64,000 nucleotides of DNA, taken from NCBI RefSeq assembly GCF_009914755.1, contig NC_060942.1. The stretch is one strand, 5' to 3'. The stretch comes from the human T2T-CHM13v2.0 reference genome, Homo sapiens. Below the pieces are notes generated by a model. It saw only the letters and a program-made list of their open reading frames with translations, did not search any database and had not been told where the DNA came from. Shown here piece after piece: positions 1 to 13,323 of this stretch (the stretch's first letter is position 1; every line of letters begins with the position of its first letter). The translations under genes and the position numbers were made by a program.

Positions 1-1700
1 GATATAACTTAAAATAGATTATAATAATGGTACATGCGCATATAATAAACCTAAAGCAACTACTAAAATAAAATAACAGAGTTTACTACAGGCTACAAAA
101 TAGATAAAACTGAAGCCTAAAGAATACTCAATCTAAAGAAAAAATAAAAGAAAAAAGTGAGCAAAGGACAGGTGAAAAAAACATACAAGTAGCAAAGCAG
201 TATGTTTAATATTAACCATAATAATAATCACTCTAAATATTAATGGGATAAAAAAATCAAAGTATGAGATGAGGATTATTAGATTTTTAAAAAGACTCAA
301 CTATATGTCTTTAAAATGATTTAAAATATAAAGGTACAGTAGGTAAGAATTTAAAGAATGAAAAACATATATCTTGCTCAACTCTAGTCAAAAGAAAGCT
401 ACAATGGCCATAATATTAGATAATGTAGATTTTGGGACAAAGAATATTAGCAGTGATAAATAATATCATTTCATAATTATAAATTTCATAATTATAAGTG
501 ATAAACATATCATTTCATAATTATAAATGATAAACAATGTCATTTCATAATATAAAACAATATCATTTCATAAGAATTATGTCAATTCATTAACAGGGCA
601 CAACTTTTCTAAATGTTTATACACTTAATAACAATGCCTCAAAATAAATGAAATACAAGATGAAATAAAACCTTATTGTATTACAAGAAGAAACACACAA
701 ATCTATAATTCAAATTGATTCATTTCTATTCAACATTATACTGAAAATTCTATCCAATGAAATAAGAAATGAGAAGCATCTAGATTAAAAAGATAAAAAT
801 ATGTTTATTTACACAGGGCATAAATACACATATAGAAAATCTTATGAAATCTATAAAAATACTGGTAAAATCTATAGGTAACTTTAGCAGGGTTGGAGGA
901 TACACGGTCAATATTAAAATCAATTATATTTCTATTTACTAGCAACGCATAAGCAAAATTTAAAATTTATACAACAGTACATTTTATAATAATATAAATA
1001 ATTCAAAGATTGGGACATAAATCTAACAAAAATGTGCAATACCTCTCTATTGCACACTATAAAATACTGCTAAGAGGAATCAAGAAAAATCAATATGATT
1101 GGAGATATTTATGATGATACTGGATCAGAAAACTCAAAATGGTTAAAAATGTCAATTCCCTCCAAAGTGTTGTATAAATGCAATTTTAAAAATACAATTA
1201 AATTAAAATTAAAATACAAAATAAAATTCCAAACAGGTATTTTTATAAAACTTACATGCTCATTCTATAATTATATATGCAAAAGCATGGGGCTTAGAAT
1301 AACTCAAAGAACATTTTAAAAGAAGAGGAAATTTGGAAGACTATGCCATCTGACTTTAACACATAATGCTACAGTAATCATTATGGTAAAGTATTGGATC
1401 AACAAATAATTTAGTAGAACAAACCACAAAGTGTACAAATACACCTACATTTATGTGATCAATTGATTTTTGAAAAAGTTCAAAAGGTGAATCAATGGAG
1501 AAATAACAGTCTTTGTGCTAAAACACCTGAGTATTCACTTGAGAAAAAGATACTTTCATCCATACTTTACCGTGCATGAGGTCACAAAAAGTGAATACAA
1601 ATTTAGATGAAATACTTGTAATTTCTTTGGCAAAGATTTCTTACAACAATATCAAAGTGCACTTGTTAAAAACTGTTAAATTGGACCATATCAAAATGGA
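1..1700 (+). mobile_element. Ancient L1 (L1M-type) ORF2 remnant, internally deleted
   Basis: Degenerate EN-region motifs (aaaagaaagctacaatggcc...gtagattttgggacaaagaatatt). Near 720 it jumps to RT-region motifs (ttctattcaacattatactgaaaattcta; ggatacacggtcaatatt; aatgtcaattccctccaaa). Confidence 0.8.
455..575. repeat. Degenerate tandem repeat of (a)tatcatttcataattataa units inside the L1
   Basis: tttcataa core repeated 5 times at 17-30 bp spacing. Confidence 0.75.
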
Positions 1701-1709
1701 GATAATCTC

Positions 1710-2209
1710 TGTATCAGATCCCATTGCTACTGTAAAGAATTCCCACAACTCAGTGTCTTAAAATGATACACATTTATTGTCTTACAGTTCTATAGGTGAG
1801 ATGTTTAAAATGAATTTCACTGGACTGAAACCAGGGTGCCAGAAAGGTCATGCTTCCACCCAAGTCTCTAGAGGAGAGTCTATTTCCTTACATTTTCCAG
1901 CTTCTCAAAGTGTATTCTATTCCTTGCATGCCTTGGTTCATATTCCACCTCTAGGCCAGCAGCAGAGCATCTTCAAATTTCTCTCTACTCTATCTTCACA
2001 TTGGCTTCTCTTTGTTGTGTTAAATTTACCTCTTCTCCCTTTATAACGACACTTATAATTTCCTTTAAAGTCCACTTGGATAATACAGGATAATCTTCCT
2101 ACCTAAAGACCATTAACTGAATCTCATGTTTATCTACAGAGATCACAGTCTTTGGTTTTAGGTGTGAAGACCTTGATATCTCTGCGAGCCATTATGTGGT
2201 CTACCTCAG
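1710..2209 (-). mobile_element. MLT1-family MaLR solo LTR inserted in the L1
   Basis: tgtatcag...ttgctactgtaaagaattcccacaactcagtgtcttaaaa...tttattgtcttacagttct; ends ccattatgtggtctacctca, typical of MLT1 antisense. Confidence 0.85.
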
Positions 2210-3190
2210 ATGATAATTACATGAGGAAACAAGTCACAGACTGAGCGAATATTTGTTAATTATATATCTTGTATTCAGAGTGTACAAGGACTTTCAAAAC
2301 TTGGAAACAGAGATTCATCACAATTTTTTTAAATACGCAAAATATTTAAAGAGACATATCACAAAGAGTTGACATGTAAAATAAGTTAAAAAATGATAAT
2401 CAACACCTTCAGTTTCAACGGGTAAATGCAAATTAAAACTACAATGAGATACCAGTAAACTCTTACTAGAACGAATATAATTAAAAGACTGACCTTATCA
2501 AGTATTGAAGAGAACATAGAGCAACTGTACCTCTCATACACTGCTAGTGTGAATGTAAAATCGCATGACTATTTAGAAAACAGTTCTGCAATTTGTTAAA
2601 AAGTTAAACATATACCTACCATATGATCCAGCCATTCTAGATATTAGCTAGATATCAAGGATATCTATCTAGATATCTACCTAAGACAAAATAAAATTAT
2701 ATTTCCATATGAAGATGCTTACATGAATATCAGAGCAGGTTTATTTGTAACAGAAAGAAACTGGGAAAAGTCAAATGTCTATCAACAAGTCAATGTACTA
2801 AGAAAGTGTAATATGTCTATGCAATGTAATGATACTCAGTAGTGAAAAGAAATGAACTACTGATACAGTAATATCCAAAATAATAATGAGTAAAACAAGC
2901 CTGCCAACAAATTCAGGTTGTGTGTTTCCTTTTGCATCTAATTTTAGAAAATTTAAAACAATCATAGTGACTGAAATCAGACTAAGAACTGTGGGAAAAT
3001 GGGGGTGGGAGGAAGATCAGGAGGGAAGGATGATGAAGGGACATGAGGAGACTTTTGAGGGCAGTGATGATTGTGCTCATTATCTGTATTGTGATGAAAG
3101 TCTTAGAAGTAGAAATATGTCAAAAATTCAATTCAACTTGAGTATATGCAGATTATTGTGCCAATTATACTTCATTAATGTTGTTAAAAA
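2210..3190 (+). mobile_element. Ancient L1 (L1MB/MC/ME-type) 3' end
   Basis: aatgcaaattaaaactacaatgagatacc; ctctcatacactgctagtgtgaatgtaaaa; 3'UTR gggacatgaggagacttttgaggg...caattatacttcattaatgttgttaaaaa. Confidence 0.85.
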
Positions 3191-3394
3191 TCTTGACTTG
3201 TCAAAACCTAGAAAAACAAATTAGACAACTAACCGTGGAACAACAGATAATAGATGTTTCTGATGTGTTATGATATGACCTTTATAAAGAACATTGCCTA
3301 TAAAGTATTTTACCAAAAAAAGTTGAAAGCTAATTTTCAAGTTATGGGAAATTAACCTGTAATAAAAGAACAAATTAAACAGGAAACAAAGTAA

Positions 3395-4110
3395 ACAAAG
3401 TAAAAGGAAACAATCAAACAAACCCAAATTGTGTCTTTCTACAGATTTGCTACCCACAGTGTAATCTGTGGAATAGCAGCATCTTACTACAGATGCGAAA
3501 TCTTGAGCTTCTTCACAGATACCGACTTTGAGTCTGCATTTTATCACACTCACCACAAGGTCTGAATATACAATAAATTTTAAAAAAGCATTGATCTACC
3601 ACAAAATTGATCTAGTTTATTTGACATGTCAAAAAAAGCAGGAGTATAGGAAAGATATTGCTCTAGATTAAGAAAGATTTAAGATATACTAGAACTAGTG
3701 TAAAATGTGGGCATTGTTTGGGTCATGACTTTACAAAACTGTTTTTATATTTGCATTTTTATGGATTTATAAAAAATTTAGTCTGTATAAGGTATAATAC
3801 ATACTAATGTAGAGATGAGCAATAGATGATAATGAGAAAGTATTGCCAGTTTTTTTGGTCATTGAATGTTTCTTTCTTGTTATATAAAAACACGCCCTAT
3901 TTTTAGTCGTGTATACTTGAAGCATATTGGTATTAGAAATGACAGGGTGTCTTGAGAAAAAGTATATTTTCTTTAAAATATCTCAAAAAAATGGAAGATA
4001 GGCAAAACCATTGTGGTAAATTGATAATAATTGTTGAGTTCGGGTCACGAGTATTTGGATAGTTATTCTTTTATTATTCACTTATGCTTAAAATATACGT
4101 ATTAAATCAA
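3395..4110 (+). mobile_element. L1MC4/5-like 3'UTR fragments
   Basis: aaacaatcaaacaaacccaaattg; ctctagattaagaaagatttaagatatact...aaatgtgggcattgtttgggtc; ataattgttgagttcgggtcacgagtat. Confidence 0.6.
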
Positions 4111-5372
4111 CAACAAAAATATACAGCAATTCGTACTTTTAAATCAATATGTTAAACAAATACAAGTAATTACTGTAATACCAGCTATTGATGACAATGT
4201 ATAGAAAGCAGAACTATACAACACTCATAAAATGGAAAATTTGGACACTATTTTGGAGAATAATTTGGCCAAAAGCAATAAATTTTACAATGTGTATATA
4301 AAGTAGCAGTTGTATTTTACTATTTTATACCTAGAGAAATATTCAAATTTTTCCACTGGGAAGCAAGTATAAATTGGATTAATTGAAAAAAGAATGTTTA
4401 AATTAGGATACCATATGATAATAATTATATAAGTGTTTCACAATTACAAGGCAATGTCCCATAATACTCTTGGCATAAAGCAATTAGTTAAGTTAGTAAG
4501 TCTAGGCAGAGAAAACTGACAAAATTTGTCATGGTAATTACAATGATTGAAATAAGTGAAATTTGTCTAAAAGTTGAAACTTAGAAGTTTCTGCAAGATT
4601 CTCCTTCCTCGAAAACAGTTTAAAGTAAATATGACAAACAACAACACTCATGACATCTGGGTCATTTTTCTACCAAGTGCTATTTTTCCCTATTAAATAT
4701 ATGATTGAAATATTTCTCAATTCAATTTAAAGTTAAAAATCATCATTTATAATTCTAAGGAAAAAGCCCTTTAATTTGAACACTCTTAGATAAAACATTC
4801 AAGAAAAATGAATGGTAGCAGTAGGTATATCTCAATAATGAAATACTGTGGCTTTGTTTATACTCCTCTATATTCCAAACTTTCTATAATGGTCATACAT
4901 TTCAGCAGAAGTGAAAAACATTTCACATAATGATCCACTTCTGATTGAAGACTGGTGGCAGCTGTCAGCATTGCTAGACTGAGAAACACTCTGGGCTGAA
5001 ACCAGGCAAATAAGAAAAAATGCTCTCGCCTGAAATGGGCCCTGGATAAACCAGCAGTGGCATTTTGCCCTGCATTTCCAATCTTGTTTATATTTTCCAA
5101 TCAGATGAATATGCTAAAAAATCTACCTAACATTTCAGTATGAAGAAATGCTAATACTATGTCTTATGTTAGTGTGTTTTTATATTTTCTCTTATTGCTA
5201 ATACCTGGGAATGTTAATCCATATTTATTTTCAAAGTTGTAAATATATTTCAAAATAAAAGTGCACTTATATTAGCACAATATTAGATACTAAACTAATT
5301 ATAATCATATTTAAATAGCATTATTATAAGAAGAAACAACATATTATGGCCAAGTAAAATTGCGAGTATGTT

Positions 5373-5924
5373 TGTGATGATTAATATTAGGTGTCAACTT
5401 GATTGGATTGAAGAATCCCTAGATAGCTGGTTAAGTATTTTTTCTTGGTGTGTCTGTGAGGGTTTTGCCAGAGGAGATTAACATTAGAGTCAGTGAACTG
5501 GGAGAAGAGTCACCCTGGTTGTGGTTGGGCACCATCCAGTCACAGCTGCCAGCATGGCTAGAACAAAGCAGGTGGAAGAAGGTGGGAGAAACTGGCTTGC
5601 TGAGTCTTCTGGCTTTCATCTTCCTCCTGTGCTGGATGCTTCCTGTCCTTGGATATCAGACTTTAGGTTCTTCGGCCTTTGGACTCAAAGTGGTTTGCTG
5701 GGGGCCTCTCAGGCTTTTGGCCACTGAAGGCTGCACTGTTGGCCTCCCCGCTTTTGAGACTTTGGGACTCGGATTGAGCGACTACTGGCTTCCTACCTCC
5801 TCAGCTTGCAGAGGGCCTATCTGGGACTTCACCTTGTATCCGTGTGAGTTAATTCTCCTAATAAACTCCCTTTCATATATGCATATATCATATTAGCATT
5901 GCACCTCTAAAGAACCCTAATACA
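5373..5924 (+). mobile_element. MLT2A (MLT2A2-like) HERV-L solo LTR
   Basis: TG...CA ends; tgtgatgattaatattaggtgtcaacttgattggattga start; aataaa signal and gaaccctaataca end; 5-bp TSD atgtt/atatt. Confidence 0.92.
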
Positions 5925-6663
5925 ATATTTTATTTAATGTGTTAATTACATCCCATATGCTAGGACTTATATTCAGTAATTTTAAGTGACCTGTCCTGTA
6001 AACAAATGTATTCATAACTACTGATCTTAAAGACATCAAGTGTATTCTATACACTGTACTTTATTGAATGGAAGAAAAAAATGCATAAATATCTAACACT
6101 GTGACATCTATATCTAATGGTTCACTTTGTTTACATTGAATAAAGATCTATAAATTACATTTTAACGTTTGGACCATTCTTCAAATGACAAAATATATGT
6201 TTTCTATTATCTCTTCTTAGTATATAATTTTTCCCCTTGTTCTAAAGATTCTTGAGGTCAAGTAAAAAAAATAAGTCAGAATGATGGATTTGATGGCTGT
6301 GTGGGGGAAGACATAAGTTGAAGCTGGGAAATGTGGATGGGATAAATTTAGAAACTTAATCCTGTTTGTGATCTCTTAAAAAATCAAGGGAAACTTGGCA
6401 GCTTCACAGAATGACACCATGCATAAAAAGACTTTGAAATGGCTTTCTCAGAACCACTAGTATGAAATATAAAGAAATGTGAGTGGATACAGTTTGCATA
6501 CATAAGTGAAAAGGAAGCAATATTTTGGGGCCAAAAATTTTAATAACCCATGTGTCAACTCTTTCTCTAAACATTCATTGCACAGCACTAAAATGTGAAA
6601 GATCATTTTCTGTTTTATTTATGAACTCTCATTAAGCATATAATTTGCATACTTACTGTCACC

Positions 6664-6687
6664 AAAAAAAAAAAAAAAAAAAAAAAA
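6664..6687. repeat. poly(A)24 tract
   Basis: Direct; no adjacent retroelement body seen. Confidence 0.95.
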
Positions 6688-7360
6688 GCCCTCTGGGACA
6701 GCTACAGCAGTGTGAGTCAGAATAGCTATACTGGAGCCTCTGATGCCCTCTTTGACATTACACAGCCTTCCACATTCACTATTGATGTGAAATCCTAAGA
6801 TATACAGCAACAAGTGCCATTTCATTTTTGGGCTGGATATCATGAACTTTATTCAGGAGCAGTGGTAGAGGACTGTGGATTAATGAGCAGCATATGTGAA
6901 GTGGTAAGCACTGACAACATTAAGACTGAGTGTGCAAAAGTTCTAAAATGAAAAGAGATAGATTCCAATTGGTTAAATAAATGCTGGTGAAATTTCATAT
7001 TCTTAGATACAGTATTTCACTTTTTATTCCCCTCCACAAACTATCAGACCATGATTTGCCCTTATTGGTCAAGGGTAAATTTTTGTATGCTCCTGTATTG
7101 AAGATTTGCCTAAAACACCTTTATCAGTATAGATCTTAATTATGTCTTTACCATCTTTGCAGTCTGATTTTTTAAAATTATTGTACTTTTTTATGAGCCT
7201 TTGGTGCTCTCAGTGTTATACAAAAATAAACATCAGACATATAAGCATTGATAATTATATTCTTTGTTTAAAAAACATAGTGACAGGAATAGAATGAAAT
7301 GAAGGGCATCTGAAATTTATAGGGTTCGTGTGAGAAAAATAGGAATAAAAACATGATTTT

Positions 7361-8742
7361 CTTTTTTTAACTTTTATTTTGTGTTTGGAGGTACATTTGC
7401 ACGTTTGTTATATAGGAAAACTCATGTCACAGGAGTTTGTTGTACAGATTATTTCATTACTCAGGTACTACGCCTAGTACCCAATAGTTGTTTTGTTCTG
7501 TTCTTATCCCACCTCCCACCCTCTGCCCTCAGGTAGGGCCCAGTGTCTGTAGTTCCCTTATTTATGTTAATGAGTTTTCACCATTTAGCTCCCACTTATA
7601 AGTGAAGACATGTGATATTTGGTTGCCTGTTCCTGAGTGAGTTTGCTAAGGATAATGGCCTCCAGCTACATCTATGTTCTCACAAATCACGTAGACCAAG
7701 GAAACAGAATACAGAGCCTAGAAGTAAGACTGCACACCTACAATCATCTAATCTTTGACAAAAACAAGCAATGGGGAGAAGACTCTCTATTCCATAAATG
7801 GTGTTGGGTAACTGGCTAGCCATATACAAAAGATTGAAACTGGACCCTTTCCTTACACCACATACAAAAATCAATTCAAAATGGATTAAAGACTTAAACA
7901 TGAAACCCAAAACTATAAAAACCCTGGAAGACAATCTAGGCAATACCATTCTGGGCATAGCAACAGGCAAAGATTTTATGACAAAGACACCAAAAGCGAT
8001 CACAACAAAAGGAAAAATTGACAAGTGGAATCTAACTGCTCTTAAGAATCCCTGCACAGCAAAATAAACTATTAACAGACTAAACAGGAAAATTACAGAA
8101 TGAGAGAAAATATTTGCAATCTATGCATCTGACAAAGGTCTGATATCCAGCATCTATCAAGAACTTAACAAAAATTTACAAGACAAAACAACCTCATTAA
8201 AAAGTAGGCAAATACATGAACAGACACTTTTCTAAAGAAGACATACACTTGGCCAACAAGCAAATGACAAAAAGCTCAGTCTCACTTATTAGAGGAATGA
8301 AAATCAAAAGTACGAGATACCATCTTACACCACTCTGAATGGCTACTATGAAAAACTCAAAAATAACAGATGCTGGTGAGGTTGAAGGGAAAAAGATACA
8401 CTTACACTGTCGGTGAGAGTATAAATTAGTATTTACATTAGTTCATTTATGTCATCATTGTGGAAAGCAGTAAGGCAATTTCTCAAAGAGCTGAAAACAG
8501 GACTACCATTCAACCCAGCAGTCCCACTACTGGGTATATACACAAATGAATACAAATAATTCTATCATAATGACACATGCATTTTCACTCATGCACACAT
8601 GAATATACATACCATAAAGGTACACGAATGCTCATTGCAGCACTATTCACAATAGCAAAGACATGGAACCAACCTCACTGCTCTTTAGTGACAGACTGGA
8701 TAAGAAATGTGGTACACATATACCATGAAATATTATGCAGTC
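7361..8742 (-). mobile_element. L1PA13-16-like element with 5' inversion (3' end on minus 7361-7680; inverted ORF2 segment 7681-8742)
   Basis: Antisense L1 3'UTR starting at a T-tract, switching at about 7680 to sense ORF2 (ORF 7798-8067 is L1 ORF2-like); TSD tgatttt at 7354-7360 and 8743-8749. Confidence 0.9.
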
Positions 8743-9409
8743 TGATTTTAACTTAACCATCACATGAACACAGGCTATTTCTTATTACTTTCCTGTGTGT
8801 TTGCAGTCAAACCTGTACAATATTTTCATGTTTTTCTAAAATGTGTTTTTTCTCTTAATGTTCTTATGACAAGATATACTACAGAAAAATAAAACACTGT
8901 TTTACTTCTAATATCTAAACAGGTATTCTACTATTCCTTTGATTATTTCAGAAGATAAACTCACATAAACCTGTCTTTATTTTTAGTTTTCATGTACAAT
9001 TAAAAAGCACTGTAAACACTCTCAATAGCCAAAATCCATTCACTGGGAGGAGGTACATAAAATTGGTCTCACAGTTGAACAAACGACCAACCGTTGAATA
9101 CAAACATTAAAAAATTTATGTCAACATGTTGTTACTCAGCAGCCACATAATTTGGTGCCATAATTGTCAAGTGAAATAAAGAAACGGAACACATACAATA
9201 TAATTTCTTTAATTGAAGGAAAAAAGTTGTAGACAAATGCAGGGAAGAAGTCCTGGATATATATAATATAAATTGATTTTATATAAATAAATGTTATTTT
9301 GCACCATAGTAAAGACCAAGAGAGTCACTCTCTACTGACTTTTGGGTTATTTTCCCAAATAGTTTGAGATGGAATGTTCTAAAGACAGTTTGCTGGAGAT
9401 AAGAGTAGC

Positions 9410-9625
9410 ACATGTGGAGCAAGGATGGCTGAATAACTAACTCAACACCAACACTTGCTAGTTCCATCACCTTGGACGAATAGCTCGACCTCTGGTTGTC
9501 TCAGTTGTCTCATGTGAAAATTGAGGATAATTATTATGCCTCTCAAGGTCTGTGTTCTTGATGAAATGAGTTGCTGCATCCAAAATACTGTCCGGCACGT
9601 ATTAAGAGTTAAATGTTTTTAGTGA
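9410..9625 (+). mobile_element. MIR SINE
   Basis: accttggacgaatagctcgacctctggttgtctcagttgtctcatgtgaaaattgaggataat core. Confidence 0.75.
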
Positions 9626-11543
9626 GCTACATGAAAATAGCTATTGACAGGTGAATAATAAGCATCTAGTGATTTCTGCATTTCTCAAGGTCGAAATATT
9701 CAGCTATTTTCATTTCTGCTAAAAATATACACACATAAAAAGCTTTGTAAATGACTATTGCAAAAATACTTTAGTATATATTTTCCCTGATGTATATGTT
9801 CCACATGTATTTTCAAATTATTTGAATGTCATTATTTTTTTTCTAAGCATGGTTAAGTGACTATGACAGATACATATTATCATGCTTGAAGCAATACATG
9901 ATATTGCATGGACATATATAAGCTGAAAATGAGCCCAGTGTGACTCAGAACAATTATATTTTCAAAGAAGACTAATTACGACTTAAGGGATGAAAAATAT
10001 TATAATCTATGCACTTATGCAGTTTGAAACTGAATCTAATTAGAAATTGTCTTTTTTATGACCTCTTCTTGGTTACATAAAGCTAATTATTCCATCTGTG
10101 AAAACTTGTAAAAATATAATGTATTCCGGAAAGCTCATGGAAAGCTGAAATATTGAGCTCAACTAAGCCCAGCTTCTCATAGAGAAAAACAGATGGCAAT
10201 TAATATAATGTCTCCATTTTTAGAAAAATATTGAGTAGGCGTGGCCAAAATGATATATCATAGACTTAGAATTTGTGGTGATCAGAGAGTTCCAAACCTT
10301 TCCCAAAACAAAGAAAAACAGAAAAACTTAAAGGTTTTGAAAATGCTACTAAAAAATAAGAATAAGAGTTTCTCTTCATCAATTTAAAAAACACATCTTA
10401 CCTCTCCTCTTGGGAAGTGAACACATGAAGCAAGCAAATACTATAAAGCCTTCGTGTGAAACAAATAGGAACACATGGCTCTGGGGGACTGGAGTGGTAA
10501 TATTAAAATGGGGAAGTAGTTAGAGAATATTACCTATCTTTCTTCTAATTTGAGAGATTCTTTATAAAAAGGAAAAAAAAAGAAGGAAGCCACAAAGTGT
10601 CTATAAACAGTCCCCTTTCATTCCAAAAGCACCTCTGTAGTACCATATAGAGGAGTTAACATGGAGAGTTAGTGGCATATTTTACACTATGTGGTGAAGT
10701 CTATTTTAAAAAATGATACTAACATTGTCTCAATGCTCATTTCAAAAAGGTACTCTGTATTTTTGTGAATTTATTTAAATCTTGTCTGTGTAGTTAAACA
10801 CAGAAGCAAGAAAATTAATATTAGAACAATGTTAAGAAAAAATAAATCCCCTTCTTGAATTGTTGTGGCTGGAATATCTTTTGGAATGCGTATTACCTAT
10901 TGTCTTTATTCCCACTTCCATGCCTATCCTTTTATTTAATCTATTTTTATCTTATATTAACATTTTAATTTTATTAGTTAGTTACAATATGATTTTAGTC
11001 TTAAAAGAAATTATTTGGATCTTCTAATCAGTGCTTAGAAGCACCTGCATTACCAGGACATTGAAATAATTGTTCTGTTTCTCCATCAAACACCCTAGAT
11101 CCATGACCTTCTATTGCCTTCTTGAAGGTGATATTTCATCCCAGCACTCTGACTAATCCTGCTCTTCAGCAAAGGACAATATAAGTAAGAGAATCAATAA
11201 TAACATGGAGGCAGAATTGACAAAACTTAATGACCAACTGGATGTCAAAAGAAATTGCCTGTGTTAGGAGTGTCAAATGAGAGTTGGGAAACGCAGAGGT
11301 TAAGATACCTTCAAAAATCACAAGTGACAATGCTAACTGGTGCTGGTTACTCCAGACTCAGAAGGAACTGCGATTGCTATCATGATATTCTTCCTTCCAC
11401 TCCATCACTCTAAGAAAAGCTTAGGTTCAGATTTTTAAGACCTCATAAACTGTCCCTAACTTCTGAATGACTAATCGGATGAAATGGCTATGACTAGTAT
11501 ATAAAACAAATAAAAAAAAGAAGAACTAAAATGTTTTGGTTAC

Positions 11544-11878
11544 TGTGGTAGACATATAATTGTTTACCAATATGTCTCTTGCAATTGCACAAGGTTACAT
11601 GACTGGTTTTACTAACAAGATATGAGTAAAAGTGATGTACACCATTTTCGAACTGAAACACTGAAAGGCCTATGAATAATTGTCTCGTCTTTATTGCTTC
11701 CTAGTTTGGCAATCAGTAGTTGAAGGATGGTGGAGCCTCTACCAAGCCTGCGTCACTGAGTGACTGTGAAACTTGGATACACTTCCCCCACTAACTTCCA
11801 CCTGATGTTTGTGGTAGGAGGTTGCTGAGAAATGGAAGGTTAATTGGTTACTGTAATAGCCTAGCTCCCCGACTAACA
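11544..11878 (+). mobile_element. Old MLT1-family LTR (MLT1I/J-like)
   Basis: tgtggtagac start; catgactggttttactaacaagatatgagtaaaagtgatgtacaccatt; end gcctagctccccgactaaca. Confidence 0.7.
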
Positions 11879-12005
11879 AAATCAACTGTGTCTCTAATGC
11901 CATAATGGTACTCATCTGTTCTCTTAGTAATTTGTCTCATAATTCAATGGTACAGTAAATATTATATTCATTTCAAAAGAGAAGAAAGATCAAGGTGAGC
12001 TTGTA

Positions 12006-12626
12006 CAACAACTCCTCAAAAAATGTCATTTTGTTGAATTTCATTTCAGTGTAATATTGATGAGAAAAAAGTTGATTCACTGCCAGAGCCACTATCTGTG
12101 TTGAGTCTGCACATTCCCCCCATGTCTGCATGGGATTATCTGGATCCTCCAGTCACTTCCCACTTCCCAAAGCTGTGCACATCAGGCTGGTTGTTCATCT
12201 ACAAGGTCCCAGTCTGAGTGAGTGTGACCATGTGAGGGTGATCCTGCAATGGGATGGCACCCTGTCTAGGGTTGGTTCCCACCAATCTCCCTGGGTTTCT
12301 GGGATAGGCTCCTGTCACCCATGGCCCTGAACTGGAATAACCAGGTTGGAAAATAAACGAATACAAATTATTGTAAAATGAAGATTTGTAAAGTACATGA
12401 TCATCATACAAAAGCAGGACAATAAACTATGCTGGGTAGGAAAGAGTTCAGCGAGCCAGCTGTTATTTGTTAATTCTTGTGTTTGAACTTCATAGTGGCC
12501 AGAGGTGATCCTGACAATCTTTGTTTTGCCAACATTCATTTCTTGATTTAACCCATCACCACAACTGCCAGTCACTCACTGATTCGCCCAAAATTGGGTA
12601 AATAATGATCTTACTCATTTTTACTA

Positions 12627-12685
<59 letters not shown>

Positions 12686-12858
12686 CTCAGATTTATTTCA
12701 GTGTTTAATATTAGAAATGTTTTGGTCCTTATTTATAAGTTTAGTGAAGTTTTTGTTACCAGAAATATGTCATAGGGACTAAACTCTCCTTTATCTCAAT
12801 TAGCCTCTGATAAAATTGGTTTTATTACACAGTGTTTCACTTAAAGTTACAGTTTGAA
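12006..12858 (+). mobile_element. MER6 (TcMar-Tigger non-autonomous DNA transposon)
   Basis: TA then caacaactcctcaaa (TIR-like); ttgatgagaaaaaa; V-domain-like gagtctgcacattcccccatgtctgcatggg; ccctgaactggaataa...gaatacaaattattgtaaaat; cttaaagttacagttt near end. Confidence 0.88.
12631..12682. repeat. (TA)26 microsatellite within MER6
   Basis: Perfect TA run. Confidence 0.97.
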
Positions 12859-13267
12859 GACTGAAGTGGAATATATGCAGATACACCACTAAACTACTGA
12901 TTAGGGAATCATACATCCCAGGCTTCTTTTGATGATTAATGAATTAACAGCTTTTTAGAAAGCAGAGAATAAACAAATAATGCTTCCTACTTCCAACAAT
13001 AATAACAACACAAGAAAAAATTTAAAAAGTAAAAATAAAAATCTTTAAAGGTTGATGAATAAGGTAGACTGAAAATTTCATGAACCTTCAAATAAATCAT
13101 GATGGTTTAACAAAACCACCAATTACCATACATGTAGAGTGGGAAATTCCATAGTCATAAAATTATGCAAAGACTATTTTTTCCTAAAACATTGTTCAGA
13201 ATAATGATCAAACATTATGTTAGTTAAACATGTTTATCACATAAATTATATTTGACAAATTGAATGA

Positions 13268-13323
13268 ATATATATATTTGAATATATATACATATATATA
13301 TATACACACATATATATATATAT
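13268..13323. repeat. (TA/CA)n imperfect microsatellite
   Basis: Direct. Confidence 0.85.

Noticed and set aside
2636-2685. ctagatat palindromic mini-repeats
   Set aside because: Short slippage duplications in an old L1; similar trivial duplications occur at 24015, 27855, 33120, 42435, 47013 and 61835.
5450-5896. 148-aa ORF
   Set aside because: Entirely within the MLT2A LTR.
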